Below, one piece after another: positions 1 through 12,100 of a stretch of DNA of 64,000 bases. Positions within the stretch are counted from its first letter, which is position 1. Every line of letters begins with the position of its first letter. The translations under genes and the position numbers were made by a program. Source of the stretch: Gnetum montanum (Eukaryota > Plantae > Gnetophyta); assembly GCA_015680685.1 (NCBI GenBank), contig MNCI01001684.1:124001-188000 (forward strand). The letters run 5' to 3'. Below the pieces are notes generated by a model, which searched no databases, was not told the DNA's origin, and saw nothing but the letters and a program-made list of their open reading frames with translations.

Positions 1-230
1 GAGATGTCTTCACAATAGTTAAGACAACTCAGCTCAACTTGGGATGTCTCAGTTGAGGCGTCTCATAGAGATCTGAGATGTCTTAGCAAGATTGGGATGT
101 CTCATATGAGACTTCTCATGCATAGTGAAGATGTCTCTAGAATCTTCCAAATGTCTCCTCTGAGAGCCTAGAGCTCAGGCAAGACATCTCTCTAACCTAC
201 AAGACATCTCCATAGAGGTCGAAAGTTGCA
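1..230. mobile_element. Fragment of Sirevirus-like LTR/palindrome-array sequence (window edge)
   Basis: Dense GAGATGTCT/AGACATCT motifs. The reverse complement resembles the GAGATGTCCCAAGTT...AAGATGTCTT stretch of the LTR at 50658-50710. Confidence 0.5.
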
Positions 231-261
231 AAAACCATACATAGGCAAGAAAAAAAGGGAG

Positions 262-1190
262 TTTTTGTTTGTTTGGGTTTTTTATTATGATTTTTTTCTA
301 GGTTTTTCCCATAGCCTCTTAGGCTTCTTTGATTTCAATTTTATATGTTTTCTTTTCTTTCTTTCTTTTTCTAGCTTTCAATAATGATTTTGGGTGTATA
401 TTTTCCTTAGGCTTTTTTATTCCAATTTTTTCCTTTTTTTTTAAAAAATATTATTATCTTAGTATGTGATTATAATTAAGTTATTTTAGATTTCAACACC
501 CCTCCATACTATAATGGCTTAAAAAATATTGGTAACTTTTATAAAAATAATATCATATTGGTGTTCACAATGATGTGTTAAGACTCATGATTTGAAAGCT
601 CTAAGTCATAAGTTTGATTTTGGTGGGCAATGTTGAGTTATAAAGTTCTAATTGGACTATATATCTTGGGATGTACCTATATTATAATTATTTCAAGGTT
701 TCAACAACAATGATGTGTTAGCCTAGTGGTTTTGTTTGCTATTTTTTGGGTTTTTTATTACGATTTTTAATGTTTTTCCCTTACCCTCTTAGGCTTCTTT
801 CATTTCAATTTTATTTGTTTTTTTATTTTTTGTAATTTTTCAATTATAATTTGTTTGCATTTTTTCCTTAGATTCTTTGATTATAATTTGGCATTTTTCT
901 TAAAAAAAAAAAAAAGTTTTCTATATCTTAGAATGCGTTTATAATTATAGTGTTTTACATTTCCAGCACCCCTCCCTAATGCAATGGCTGAGCCCACTTT
1001 GTTGCGATAGCGAGGATGATGATGCTGATTGTAACTATATTCTTCTTAAATTTTATGAAAATAATATCATATTAGTAATAAAATGTTGGCAAGACTCTTG
1101 ATTTGAAACCTCCATGTCATAAGTCATAAATTCAATTATGATAAAAAATGCTAAATTATAGAGTTTAGAGGGCATATTTATTAGAAGTAC
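262..1190. repeat. Diverged tandem duplication, ~460-bp unit (262-~690 / ~730-1190)
   Basis: Shared blocks in the same order, including CCTCTTAGGCTTCTTT(G/C)ATTTCAATTTTAT, CACCCCTCC, AAAATAATATCATATT and AAGACTC(A/T)TGATTTGAAA. Confidence 0.8.
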
Positions 1191-1279
1191 CGATACCTCG
1201 GCAAATTTACCTAAGAGGCCAGCCTGTTAAAGGCACCATCTATCATCTTCGAAGTTCAAACAAGATTTGCAGACGAAGA

Positions 1280-1335
1280 AAATATACGTGCACGGTTAAA
1301 AACGTGGAAGTGAAAATGGATTATATAATATTGGC
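1280..1335 (+). promoter_or_regulatory. Probable core promoter of the NYN-LOTUS gene (ACGT elements + TATA)
   Basis: TACGTG (1285), AACGTGG (1301) and TATATAA (1322-1328) in a locally CpG-retaining patch upstream of a CAG|GTTTGT donor at 1467/1468. Confidence 0.45.
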
Positions 1336-1467
1336 TCGTTGGTACGGTGATCAATCATAAAATCTTCTGCCTAAGTGGGCGGTGCTAACAAGCACCACGC
1401 CTTCTTCCATCGACTTTGCGTGTCTGCAATTCAGTTCTAGATGCACTGTTCTATATACCTTTGGCAG

Positions 1468-2916
1468 GTTTGTAACCTCTATTTTCTTTCAAGGGTATAC
1501 GCTTATGCTGAATCCCAGACTTGTAATTTTGGGACTACCATCACATTGCTTTGGACAGCAGGCTCGCGTGAATGTCCTCGTCATGACATTTTTTAGCTGA
1601 GTTGCAAGTCACAGGCCTCAGGTTTTGGTAAGCTAAGAATTTTGGGGAGCTTTTAAAATGGTTTCTGTGATTTGGTTGTTACAGTGTCTGTAAGTCTCTC
1701 TATTGAAGATGTTTTTGGGGTTACTGAGTTATGGGTCTGCGGAAATAGGGTTTGTGATTCGGTTATCCGCCTGCTCTTTAAATGTTGTTAAGAGTTTGAA
1801 GTTTATAATTGGAAAAAAGTTTCAAGACCACGAAGCTAGGCTCTCTTGAACATTTGCTATTTCAATTTGTCGTTTTCTTTTATAGGAATTCCTGCCTTCA
1901 AATTTGCAGTACAAAGTCTTAACTGTGGGCTGAAAAATGAACATTGGAAGCCATTAGTGAATGCCTAAACGGAAGAACTACAATGTTTACATGCTTTCTA
2001 CGTTTACATGGATACCAGCATGATTAAGTTAATTTGAAGAAACAACTATTTCTCGCACTGTTGAAACCATGATTTTGTAACGAAAAATCTGAACGATGCT
2101 ATGGTCTGTTAGGCTGTGAACCATGTTGCCTGTGAGAAATCTGTTCACAGACCTTTTTTTAAAGATAGTCACCCTGTAATGTCATATTATTCGTGGTTAA
2201 CATTTTTAACATTATTTGTTGATTATCATTTTTTAAGTTTATGTAACATTTTGCTAAGGTTGACGCAAAAAATCTGTATTTTGAATATATATTTTTGACA
2301 TCATTTTTCTCATACTGGCATGCGGTTTTTTAGGTTTAAAATTTCTCGTTTGATTGTCTTCTAATAACCCATTTCCTGAAAATATTCGAGTGTACGAATG
2401 TCTATATGGTATCATGAGTATAATGCGTACCGTTGAAATAATTACTGAGTTGTTTAATGAACATTTTGGGTTTTTGGTCTTTATGGTTCACTTGATAAAC
2501 TTCAATATGCATCAAAGCATGTCATCATCGTTTCTGTTCTAGTCTTAACTTCTATGACCTTTTATATTATAGTCTGAAAATATCTTCTGCAATTAATCAG
2601 TCATTAAGTTACGTTTTTCCTCATGCAAAAATTGCAGCATCTCTTGTTTGTATGTTTAGTTATCTTTTATTTTCACGAATTTTTTTGGTAGTAATTGGCG
2701 TGGTATGACTCATTCCTGACTTAGACAAATGATCCTATGGTCTAAAAATTTGTCTTGCAAAAGTTAATGTCTTGCAAAAGTTAATGGTCTGTATCGGTTA
2801 GGATGTGTTTTGTAATCTTTAGTTCATGAATAAGAACTCTATTTTGATTGAGTGCACTGCCAGTTTACGCTTTTTTTTTTCCAGATTCTTTACATATGTA
2901 GTAATTTTATTTTCAG
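1468..2916 (+). other. Probable 5'-UTR intron(s) of the NYN-LOTUS gene
   Basis: GT donor at 1468 and T-rich acceptor TTTTATTTTCAG ending at 2916, 49 nt before the ATG at 2966. A second acceptor TTTTCTTTTATAG ends at 1885. Confidence 0.5.
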
Positions 2917-2965
2917 ATCATATATTGAAACTCAGCAATACGACACCATTGGCAATAACAATTGC

Positions 2966-4552
2966 ATGGCAGGGTTTCAATGGCTGAGTATGTCATCAAA
3001 TGACACAAGTTCATTTTATATACCAACACCGGTAGCTGAGGTATCAAATCAGTTTTCTATGCAAGCAATTCATTACCAAACAAGCACTGGAATAGGGCCT
3101 GTTGCTATACTTTGGGACCTTGAAAACTGCCCTGTTCCAGCTGATGTCTCTGCAGAAGATGTAGCTGGTAACATAAGATTGGCATTAAGGGTGCATCCTG
3201 GTGTAGGAGGAACAGTTACAGTCTTCTCAGCTTATGGGGACTTCAACAAATTTCCAAAAAAGCTTAGAGAAGGCTGTCAAAGGACTGGTGTCAATCTTAT
3301 AGATGTGCCAAGTGGGAAGAAAGATGCAGCTGATAAAGCCATTCTTGTTGACATGTTCTTGTATGCTCTTGATTATCCCCCACCCTCAACAATTTTTTTG
3401 ATTTCTGGTGATGTTGACTTTGCTCCTGCACTTCATAAATTAGGGCAGCGTGGTTACATAGTTGTATTAGCTATACCAGCTGCAGCAGGGGTCTCCTCAG
3501 CACTTATTAGTTCTGGTCAGTTTGTGTGGAACTGGCCAAGTGTTGCCCGGGGTGAGGGGCTTGTTCCTGCAAAATATTCCTTACATGGGCATCCTGAGTT
3601 ATCTTGTTACCCAAATGGGCCTTTTTTGTGTAACAATTGTGATGTTCCAAATGACGAAGAAACCTTTGTTTATAAAGGCATTTCCAACATTAGCTCTGTT
3701 GCCGATTTCAAGTCAAATATGGCTCCAGGGCCGTCAAGATCAACGCAATTCAGTTCTCCCGTTTCAAGCAGTCATCAAACATATGTTTCTGCACCAGGCT
3801 CAACTGTGTTTATTCAACCTGGGGATATTGAAGGCTTAAAAGAGCAACTTTTGAAACTGGTTAGCATGTGTGCAGGAAGCATGTCTCTCAAAGATGTTCC
3901 ATCAGAATACCAGAATACTTTTGGAAGACCCTTATATCTTGCAGAATATAATTGCAAAAAACTAGTTCATTTGGTCAAGAAAATGTCAGATGTTTTCTGC
4001 ATAGAGGGCATTGGTGCTGGAAAAGTCCTGTGTATAAAAAGATCAGCGATAAAAACAATGAATCTTGGACATGTTGGTTCAAATGTCAATCTTCTCACTT
4101 CTAATGAAGTCAATAGAGAAGAGCAATGTCCAAAATTAGGATCCACAAAAGCTGACAATAGGTTGGTGAATGAAGATGAGGAAGATGATTGTTTGCAGGT
4201 GAATACAGTTATAGATGGGGAAAATTTAAATCTTGAAGGCTATGCCCACACAGATGCCTTGCAGCTGGCAGATGTCAATCCAGAGATAGTAGTAACTTCT
4301 ACCTTGAAGGTGTTTAGGAAAGAGCTTGAAGAACTTTTAGTTAGTCATGCCTGCAAAATATTAGCCTCACATTTTTTGCCTTTATATAGACAGCGGTATG
4401 GCAAAGACCTTGATTTTAGCTCATATGGTGTTGAGGGGCTTGAAGCTCTTCTAAATAAAGTAGCAGATCTCGCAGTGCTACAAGATGATCAAGACAAAAA
4501 ACTCAAGTTTATAATTGCAAATTGTGGGTACAGAAGTAATCTGAATTGGTAA
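2966..4552 (+). CDS. DNE1: NYN-domain endoribonuclease with two OST-HTH/LOTUS domains (DNE1/MARF1-limkain-like), 528 aa, single coding exon
   Basis: NYN motifs AILWDLENCPVP, FSAYGDF, KDAADKAILVDM and LISGDVDFAPAL with the acidic catalytic residues present. Two LOTUS-like repeats (LKEQLLKL...EYQNTFGRPLYLAEY; FRKELEELL...YRQRYGKDLDFSSYG). Closely matches my recollection of Arabidopsis DNE1. The first in-frame ATG after the acceptor is 2966. Confidence 0.92.
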   Translation: MAGFQWLSMSSNDTSSFYIPTPVAEVSNQFSMQAIHYQTSTGIGPVAILWDLENCPVPADVSAEDVAGNIRLALRVHPGVGGTVTVFSAYGDFNKFPKKLREGCQRTGVNLIDVPSGKKDAADKAILVDMFLYALDYPPPSTIFLISGDVDFAPALHKLGQRGYIVVLAIPAAAGVSSALISSGQFVWNWPSVARGEGLVPAKYSLHGHPELSCYPNGPFLCNNCDVPNDEETFVYKGISNISSVADFKSNMAPGPSRSTQFSSPVSSSHQTYVSAPGSTVFIQPGDIEGLKEQLLKLVSMCAGSMSLKDVPSEYQNTFGRPLYLAEYNCKKLVHLVKKMSDVFCIEGIGAGKVLCIKRSAIKTMNLGHVGSNVNLLTSNEVNREEQCPKLGSTKADNRLVNEDEEDDCLQVNTVIDGENLNLEGYAHTDALQLADVNPEIVVTSTLKVFRKELEELLVSHACKILASHFLPLYRQRYGKDLDFSSYGVEGLEALLNKVADLAVLQDDQDKKLKFIIANCGYRSNLNW

Positions 4553-4910
4553 ATCATTATCTTAGGAAACCGATCAAATCACTATGTTGGTTTGCTGTTG
4601 TACGAGGAGAAGGTATTTTAAATATTTAACCTTGTTACACTGTTGAAAAATCAATATCAATTACAAGATTGATGCTATATTGCAGAGTTGCCATATCAGG
4701 CAAGACCGCGTATCTGAACTCATTATAGGAATTATTATTTTTGTATTACGTATTTTAAAATAAAAGGAAAAAAAATTCAATGAAATATTGAATTTTAAAT
4801 ACAACCATAATTCCCTTGGAGATCAGCCAATAGATATGATCAGTTTTTAATTTCATAGGGAAACATAAGTTAATCAATAATAATACATAAAATAAAGGTA
4901 GTAATCAAAG

Positions 4911-5316
4911 GGCAAACCATAAACCAATCTACATTTATATGTGGTAGATGTATGGAAGATGCATACTCATAATGAAGTGTTCCAGTTTAAAAAAAATTCA
5001 TATATATGTGATAATAGATATAAAATTTGTAAAATCAAGGAATTGAACACTCAACTTTGCACTTATTATTGTGATTGCATACCACTGTTTTATTCAAATT
5101 GGTTTTCATTTAAAATATTTTTTTATTATTTAAATGTTTCTTTGGGTCCTGCCCATGCCTGCCAGCAGGCCTTGCACACGGAATGTACATGGATGGGTAA
5201 TATGGAATGGATGGGTTATATGGAATGACTCATACGGAATGTACATGGATGGGTAATATGGAATGGATGGGTTATATGGAATGACTCATGAATTGTGGAT
5301 TGGTTTATGATTTTCA
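4911..5316. mobile_element. Mutator-like MITE (~406 bp)
   Basis: Imperfect TIRs (GGCAAACCATAAACCAATCTACATTT vs reverse-complemented right end TGAAAATCATAAACCAATCCACAATT) and an exact 10-bp TSD GTAATCAAAG (4901-4910 / 5317-5326). Absent from the second copy of the duplication. Confidence 0.8.
5178..5289. repeat. Perfect 2 x 56-bp tandem repeat inside the MITE
   Basis: ACGGAATGTACATGGATGGGTAATATGGAATGGATGGGTTATATGGAATGACTCAT at 5178-5233 and 5234-5289. Confidence 0.95.
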
Positions 5317-5856
5317 GTAATCAAAGAAATGTTGAGCAATATACTCTAATAAAGTCAGTAGTGCTTTATTGACCTGGTAAAGATAATTATTACCGGGAGG
5401 TTCAATGATCATCTTGCTCAAATAGATCTGAAGTTTGATAAGCAAATTATAGTTTAACCTCGTTGAAATAAATCCAGACCTGAACCCACCTTCATTTTCA
5501 AATGATCGTCCTTGACCTGGTAAAGATATACACATATGACCTGGTCAGGATATAGACATATGAAATAGAACCATTATAATAGTAACCATCAGTTGCTTAC
5601 CTTGGTACAAACGTTAATTTGAGAGGCTTAAAAAATAGATATTAAAAAAAAAGAGCAATTTAATGTCTTCACAAAATTTTCACTACGTGAGTTCTTTCCT
5701 TCCTTTTTATCCCATCTTCTTTTTGCTAAAAGTTTCAAGATAATGGCCTTGGAGATCAGCCAATACATATTATCAGTGTTTAATTTCACAGGCAAAATAA
5801 GTTAACTAATAATAATAGATAAAATAAAGATAGTAATCAATTCTTAATCTAGGAAG

Positions 5857-7415
5857 TGTACTACTGAAATCGTTGGCGTAAGGTTGGAAAGAAAAAAAAA
5901 ACAAACACCGAAAGATTGTCGGATAGGTACAACTGACCCTGCCTTCGCGTGAGGGCAAGCTAGAAAAGAAAACGAAGGCAGAGTGCCTTTCTGAACATAA
6001 GCTATGACTTGCGTTGGGGTTATCGTAAAACTGTATTGTAAACAAAGCGTAAACTGAATTGAAAACAGAGTAAACAATATAATGGAAGACAAAAATGAAT
6101 TGTATTGTATTGCTTAGAATGAATGTGCACCCGTCAAAGCGTAGCTGCACATGTGGATGACAAGTCAAGCGCTAAGCCTTAGGGTGATATGCTTGCAGGT
6201 GCTTGGATGCTAGGAGTCAGATGCACCCAAGCGTCCAAAAGTTGCTAGTTAGTGTTTTCTAAGCTATCAACTTTCAAAATTGCCAACCCCTATTTATGTG
6301 AATGGATGCGGTATTTATAAGGTTTGGCTAAGCTCGGGTATGAAACTCATAGATGGATCAATAGCTGAGAAATGAGAGAAAAACGGATCATGTCATAGGT
6401 GTTAGATGGATAGCTACGTGTCAATTGGACGTGGGTAGGTGGGCTATGTTCTTGACTGGATGCACTGTATCTTATAGCGTGTGTTGCTTGTGCAAGCTAG
6501 CTTACGCCCATGGAAGCAGATACAATTTGGAGCGTAAGAGCTTCATAAGCTCACAAATGATGAAAATTTATAATGAAAATGATAATTTACAATAAGAAAA
6601 AATTGACTCGGTTGGCTTGGAACTTGTTGACATGGATTGACTGCTACAGGGTGCTGATGTGAGTGGTTGTGTGGCTGTTTGAGGCATTTCTGTCTCACAA
6701 AAGCTCCCAACGTGAGTTGATTTTGTCTTGGTGTGTCCTCAACGTGTGTTTGGCGTGCTTTTGACCGGGCGTGATCAGTACTCACGCTGGACTCACGCTG
6801 CCAGTGTGACCTCAGCGTGACTTAATAAAAATGACACATTTCACACCAAATTTTGATCTTTCAAGCCTGTTCTTTAAGTGCAACAATTGTCTGGCTGTGA
6901 TTGACCTTGAGAGTGATCTGCAAGTCAAAAATTGAGCTTGGATGTGCCTTGCTTAAACCACTTTTGGTAGCTCACGTTGGACTCACGCTATTAATGTGAG
7001 TTACAAAAACTTGCAATTTTGGACCTGAAACCATTTCGACTTGGTTTTGAGGTTCTCAGAGTTGGTCACATTGTATTCACGCTGCCAACGTGACCTCATG
7101 ACCACAACGTGAGTGAGAAAATTTGTATAATTTGAACTGAAATTTGAACTCCCGAATGCTGATACTTGAAGTGGACAATAGTGATCCTTGAGGATGGCTT
7201 GCACCCTTAGATTGGACCATCTTTGACTTGATTTTGGGGTCATTGGAGTTGCTCACGGTGAGGGCAAGGTAGCTTGACAAGCTGAGTGTAAGCAAGGTAG
7301 CTTGACAAGCTGAGCGTGGGTTCCATACCTTAGTCAAATTTTTGCCTCTCGAAAGCTCAAAAGGGCCTGGGTTGTTCTCGTTTCAAAGTGTTAGGCTGAA
7401 ATTAGTGGTGTTTTA
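5857..7415 (-). mobile_element. Solo LTR (1559 bp) related to the Tat-like Ty3/gypsy family
   Basis: Exact 5-bp TSD GGAAG (5852-5856 / 7416-7420). Termini TGTACTACTGAAATCG...TGAAATTAGTGGTGTTTTA resemble the termini of the LTRs at 31862-33650, 37453-39253 and (reverse-complemented) 56255-57968. Minus-strand TATA at 6311-6321. Confidence 0.88.
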
Positions 7416-8266
7416 GGAAGCAAAGGATTGTCAAGCAATATGCTCTAATAAAGTTAATAGTGCTTGATTGGTCCAGTAAAGATAAAAAATCATTGCTCAT
7501 GATCATCTTGAGAAGGTAGGTCCTGTGAAGCTTGTCGGACGAATAGAAATTCAACCTCACTCAATAGCTGTGTCCAGAACTCAAATAATGGTCGCTGACC
7601 TGGTAAGTATAATATATGAAATAGAATCATTACAAAAGTAACCATCAATTGCTTACCTTTGTATAAATGTTAATTTGAAAGAATTAAAAAATAGATATTA
7701 AAAAACAGGATTTTAATGGCTTTACAAAATTTTTAGTGCATTGTTTAGTTATTTAGATTCAATGAGTTCTTTTCTTGCCTTCTTATCCAATCTTCTTTTT
7801 CATAAAAGTTTCAAGAATTCTACATGATAGCAAAGCCCTTTAGATGTTCATATTGCTACAGGCTTTCTTACAAATTTAAAGTTCTGATTTGTAGTTGCCC
7901 CAGCTTTATTTCAAATGCTAAACATTTAAATACATAAGTTTTATACCAGCGATTATGGTAACATGCATGGCGATACGATTAGCATCTTTAATTTAGAAAA
8001 GAAATTAAAAAGGTCCTCTCCAATATCAAAAGATCATACCCGTACTTCATAGAAAGTGCTGGGCAATTATGGTAAAATCAGTCCTGATATAATTCCTCCC
8101 GGAGAAACTCCTACCATCTTCACAAAGTGCCCTCAGAAATTTTAGCAAAATGGATGGCAGCAATTTAAAGAGAAGTTTTTGTTCATTCACCCTCATATCC
8201 TCTTTCACTTATGGAATGAGCATAAAGGTTCCATCGATGTTACAGCTGATGATCCTTTTTCAACTC

Positions 8267-8394
8267 TTGCATACTATCCACACAAAGTGCTCAGCAATCT
8301 CATCATAATCAAAGTGTTCAGCAATTCCATCTTGCATACTATCCACACAGAGCTCAGCAATCCCATCATAATCGAAGTGTTCAGCAATTCCATC
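8267..8394. repeat. ~64-bp tandem duplication within an AAAGTGYTSRGCAAT motif cluster
   Basis: CTTGCATACTATCCACACA...CAGCAATTCCATC at 8267 and 8331. Confidence 0.85.
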
Positions 8395-9195
8395 ATTATG
8401 GATAAAGCCCTTTTGGAAAAATTCTGGCAAAGCGCTGGGCAATGATGGCATATAGAATTAAAGCTTTGATTGACATGGTCATTTCCTTTTTGAAAAATTC
8501 ATACCTCTACATGCAAAGTGATGATCTACCGGTGGATAATTGCATCACACATTCCGACTTTTCCTGCAGCCTCCCCGGCCGTTAGTCTTATACATCTCTT
8601 TTGGTGATTTTTAATTACGTTCAGTGAGACGCTGTTAGATCGATTGGGGATACAAGTTAAAGCATAAAAATTTTAGAATTCAATTTGGCTTTGCCTAGTG
8701 TAAGGATATAGATTACCACAAAGCAGTTTCAGATGAATTTTTTTGTAATCCATGGTTAATGTAATCTTGAGCTTTGTATCAAACAGGATAATAATTGGAA
8801 ATAGCACTTGAATAATGGAATTAGTTTTCCCTGTTATAACGGTAGCTAACCTTTGTTTTACATATTCTCTATTCAAAATTCGGACACAATCATAAATTTT
8901 GGTACCTTTATACACGTTCCATTAGAGCTCAATATTAGCAAGAAAAATCCAGTAATCCATGCTGTGTGTCGGTGTGGTGCTTGTTTCTTGCCGTGTCTAA
9001 GTCACCGTTAGCATCAGTGAAGCCTTTTTATGCTACGCTGCTCCACCATGGCTTTGGTACTCTTGAAGAGTGAAACTTACATTTCTGTAAAGCACTAAGT
9101 AACTGGTGACACTTGCATTCCATGAACACTATAAATCTTCCCAAGGTTGTTCCTCCCCATTGCCATGGTTTTTTCTTGGATAGTTTACTATTATC

Positions 9196-12100
9196 ATGGA
9201 TGGGACTTACCTTCTGCATGGAAGACTTGAAGGCAGTATTTTCCAAGCAAAGCATGTTCCTCATTCCTTTGGAAAGCTACTGCATCAGGTGAGGGATTTA
9301 CGTGTGTATCCTGAATTCATCATGTTTGGCCATCAAGATTCCTAATCTGAATGTTTAACTTTTTCTGAATTTTTGATGCAAAGTAGGCAGTGGATGCAGT
9401 GGAAGATTTGCTGCATATTAGTCATATTCCTCACAGTGGACTTTATGCAACAATTGATATTGGACCAACAAGAGTTGCCAGAACCAGGCTTTTGCATCAT
9501 GAGCCCTCAAACCCTGTCTGGAATGAGAGCTTTCATGTGCTCTGTGCATATGCAGCATCTTGCATTGTTGTCAGCATCAAAGAAGAGCTGCCTGTTTCTG
9601 CTCATGTAGTGGGAAGAGCCAAGATACCCATTACAGAACTCCTCCATGGCCAAGTTGCAGAAGGCTGGTTTCCTCTGTACAAAGAAGATTTCTCTGAGCT
9701 CCTTCACAAATCCCAAGTGCATGTTAGGCTACAGTTTCAGGCAGCTGAAGATGAGTCCAGATGGGGAAGAGGGATTGGAGGTCCTGATTTCCAAGGGGTG
9801 GATAAAGTGTTCTTCAAGGAAAAGCTTGGCTGCACAGTGAGGCTATACCAGAATTCTCATCTCTCACAGAATTTCAGTCCCAGAATTGAACTAGGCCATG
9901 GAGCTGCAAGGCATCTGTACAGTCCAAATAGACTGTGGGAAGATGTTTACAGGTACATTTTAGGTGCAAAACACTTTATCTATATTGTTGGGTGGTCAGT
10001 GAATGTTAATATTACATTGGTGAGAGATGAGGAGAGAATGATTGAAGGAGCTGAAGGGGTGACCCTTGGAGAACTGCTTAAGAAAAAGGCTGATGAAGGG
10101 GTCAGAGTTCTTGTGCTGATTTGGGGCGATAGAACAGCAGTCAAGTTGCTGAACTATGATGGACTTATGAAGACACATGGAGAAGGCACTTTCAGTTATT
10201 TCAAGGACACCAACGTGCACTGTGTTTTGTGCCCAAGAAACGCAGATCGTACTCTGAGCGCTGTTCAGGGTGCAGAGGCAGATCTTGGGTTCACCCACCA
10301 TCAGAAAACCATTTCTCTGGATGCGCCAGCCGCAGCGGGTTGTAGAACAGTGGTGAGTTTTGTGGGAGGAATTGACCTCTGTGATGGAAGATACGATGAT
10401 GAGAAGCATTCTCTATTCAGGACCCTCAACACAGTCCACAAGAATGACTTTTATCAGGGAAATTTGGAGGGTGCCAGCATCAGCCGTGGAGGCCCCAGAG
10501 AGCCCTGGCATGATATTCACTCTGCCATCCAGGGACCTGCTGCTTATGATGTTCTTGCCAATTTTACACACAGATGGCTCAAGCAGGCTGCAAAACCAGA
10601 GCTGCTTCTGGATATGAATACCATTGATGGGCTTCTCAGTGCAGAAGGATCTGCTGCTCATGGTCCTGTTTCATGGAATGTGCAGGTTTTCAGGTCTATT
10701 GATGATGCCTCTGTCGGTTTTCCTCGCAACTGGGAAGAGGCCTCTGAGTTGGGACTCTGCACCGCCAAGAACCAGGTCATTACTTACATCACGTTAAGTG
10801 ATTAAACTGATTCGATTTTGAGTTTTGATTTCCTGCACTTTCTAAACTTCATATTTAACCTCATATGCACATGATGTTACATCTGGCTTCAATTTAACCT
10901 CATATGCACATGATGTTACATCTGGTTCGTGACTTCGTTAGTTTAACATAAATATTCAATTCTGGTTCTATTTCCTTGTCATTTATTTGGGAGAAATGAT
11001 CTCTGCAACTAAACAATATGTGTAGGTAGTGGACAACAGCATAGAGAGAGCCTACATTGAGGCCATCAGAAGGGCAAAACATTTCATCTACATAGAAAAC
11101 CAGTATTTCTTTGGTGGATGTGCTTTATGGGACAGAGACCAAGACTGTGGCTGTGAGCATCTCATTCCCACAGAGACTGCACTCAAGATTGTTAGCAAAA
11201 TCAAGGCAAGGGAAAGATTTGCTGCATATATCCTGACTCCAATGTGGCCAGAAGGAATCCCAACAAAAGAGAGCGTGCAGGTCATGCTTCACTGGTTCAG
11301 AAACACTGCAAGAATGATGTATTCCATGATAGGAAAGGCACTTGCAGAAGAAGGATTGGCTTCGGAATACTCGCCCACAGACTACCTCAACTTCTTCTGC
11401 TTGGGAAACAGAGAAAAAAAACTCCATGGAGAGTATGAGCCTCCAGAGAGGCCTGAACAGGGCACAGACTACTGGAATGCTCAGCTGCACAGAAGGACCC
11501 CCATATATGTTCATGCCAAGCTCATGATTGGTAGGTATCCGTATCACAATTTTAGGAGCACCAAAACCTGCTAAATCTGAATTGATTTTCTTTGAAATTT
11601 TTCTCCCAAGCAATTTCTTTCAATGTGTCAGCTTTCTCGTTGTAGCTTCAAATCGTTTACCTTATTCCCTTAATCATTGAGGTGGTAGTTCAATGCTTTA
11701 ATCCAATATTTTTTATATTTGTCAACTAATTAGTTCGAACTTTGAGCGATGCTAACCTTAAGCTCTCCAACTTTCTTTTGCCTGGGAAGTTAGCAATATG
11801 GAATTAATTATCTGGGTTACTTTTAAATGCTGGGTGTCAACTAAGATTTTATGAATACAACTCTATTTCATCTGAATCTATGAGTTTCTGTCCAGGGAGC
11901 TATGTTGTTTTGACTTTGGATTCTTACTCTTTGGTGTGTTTTAGTTGATGATGAGTATGCCATAATTGGATCAGCAAATCTGAATCAGAGGTCCATGGAT
12001 GGAGCCCGTGACACAGAGATTGCTCAAGGATGCTACCAGCCTAATGAGATTAACAGTGAAGAACACAGAGCCAGAGGAGAAATTTATGGCTTTAGAATGT

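Larger units (their letters stand above)
4815..7817. repeat. Old tandem duplication (~520-bp unit; copy 1 4815-5739, copy 2 5748-7817), each copy interrupted by a TE
   Basis: CTTGGAGATCAGCCAATA...GTAGTAATCAA at 4815 and 5749; AGCAATAT(A/G)CTCTAATAAAGT at 5335 and 7434; ATATGAAATAGAA...TTGCTTACCTT...AAAAGTTTCAAGA at 5559-5739 and 7614-7817. Confidence 0.85.

Noticed and set aside
2852-2965. N-terminal extension of the 566-aa ORF starting at GTG 2852
   Set aside because: It runs through a polypyrimidine tract and splice acceptor (AG 2915-2916). The first in-frame ATG is 2966.
8053-8443. CRISPR-like array (repeats with spacers)
   Set aside because: The repeats are short and degenerate, spacing is irregular, spacers are partly duplicated, there are no cas genes, and the context is eukaryotic.
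9373-11613. Alternative-frame and antisense ORFs over PLD (e.g. 9996-10409, 11125-11613)
   Set aside because: Shadow ORFs of a real coding sequence with no recognisable motifs.
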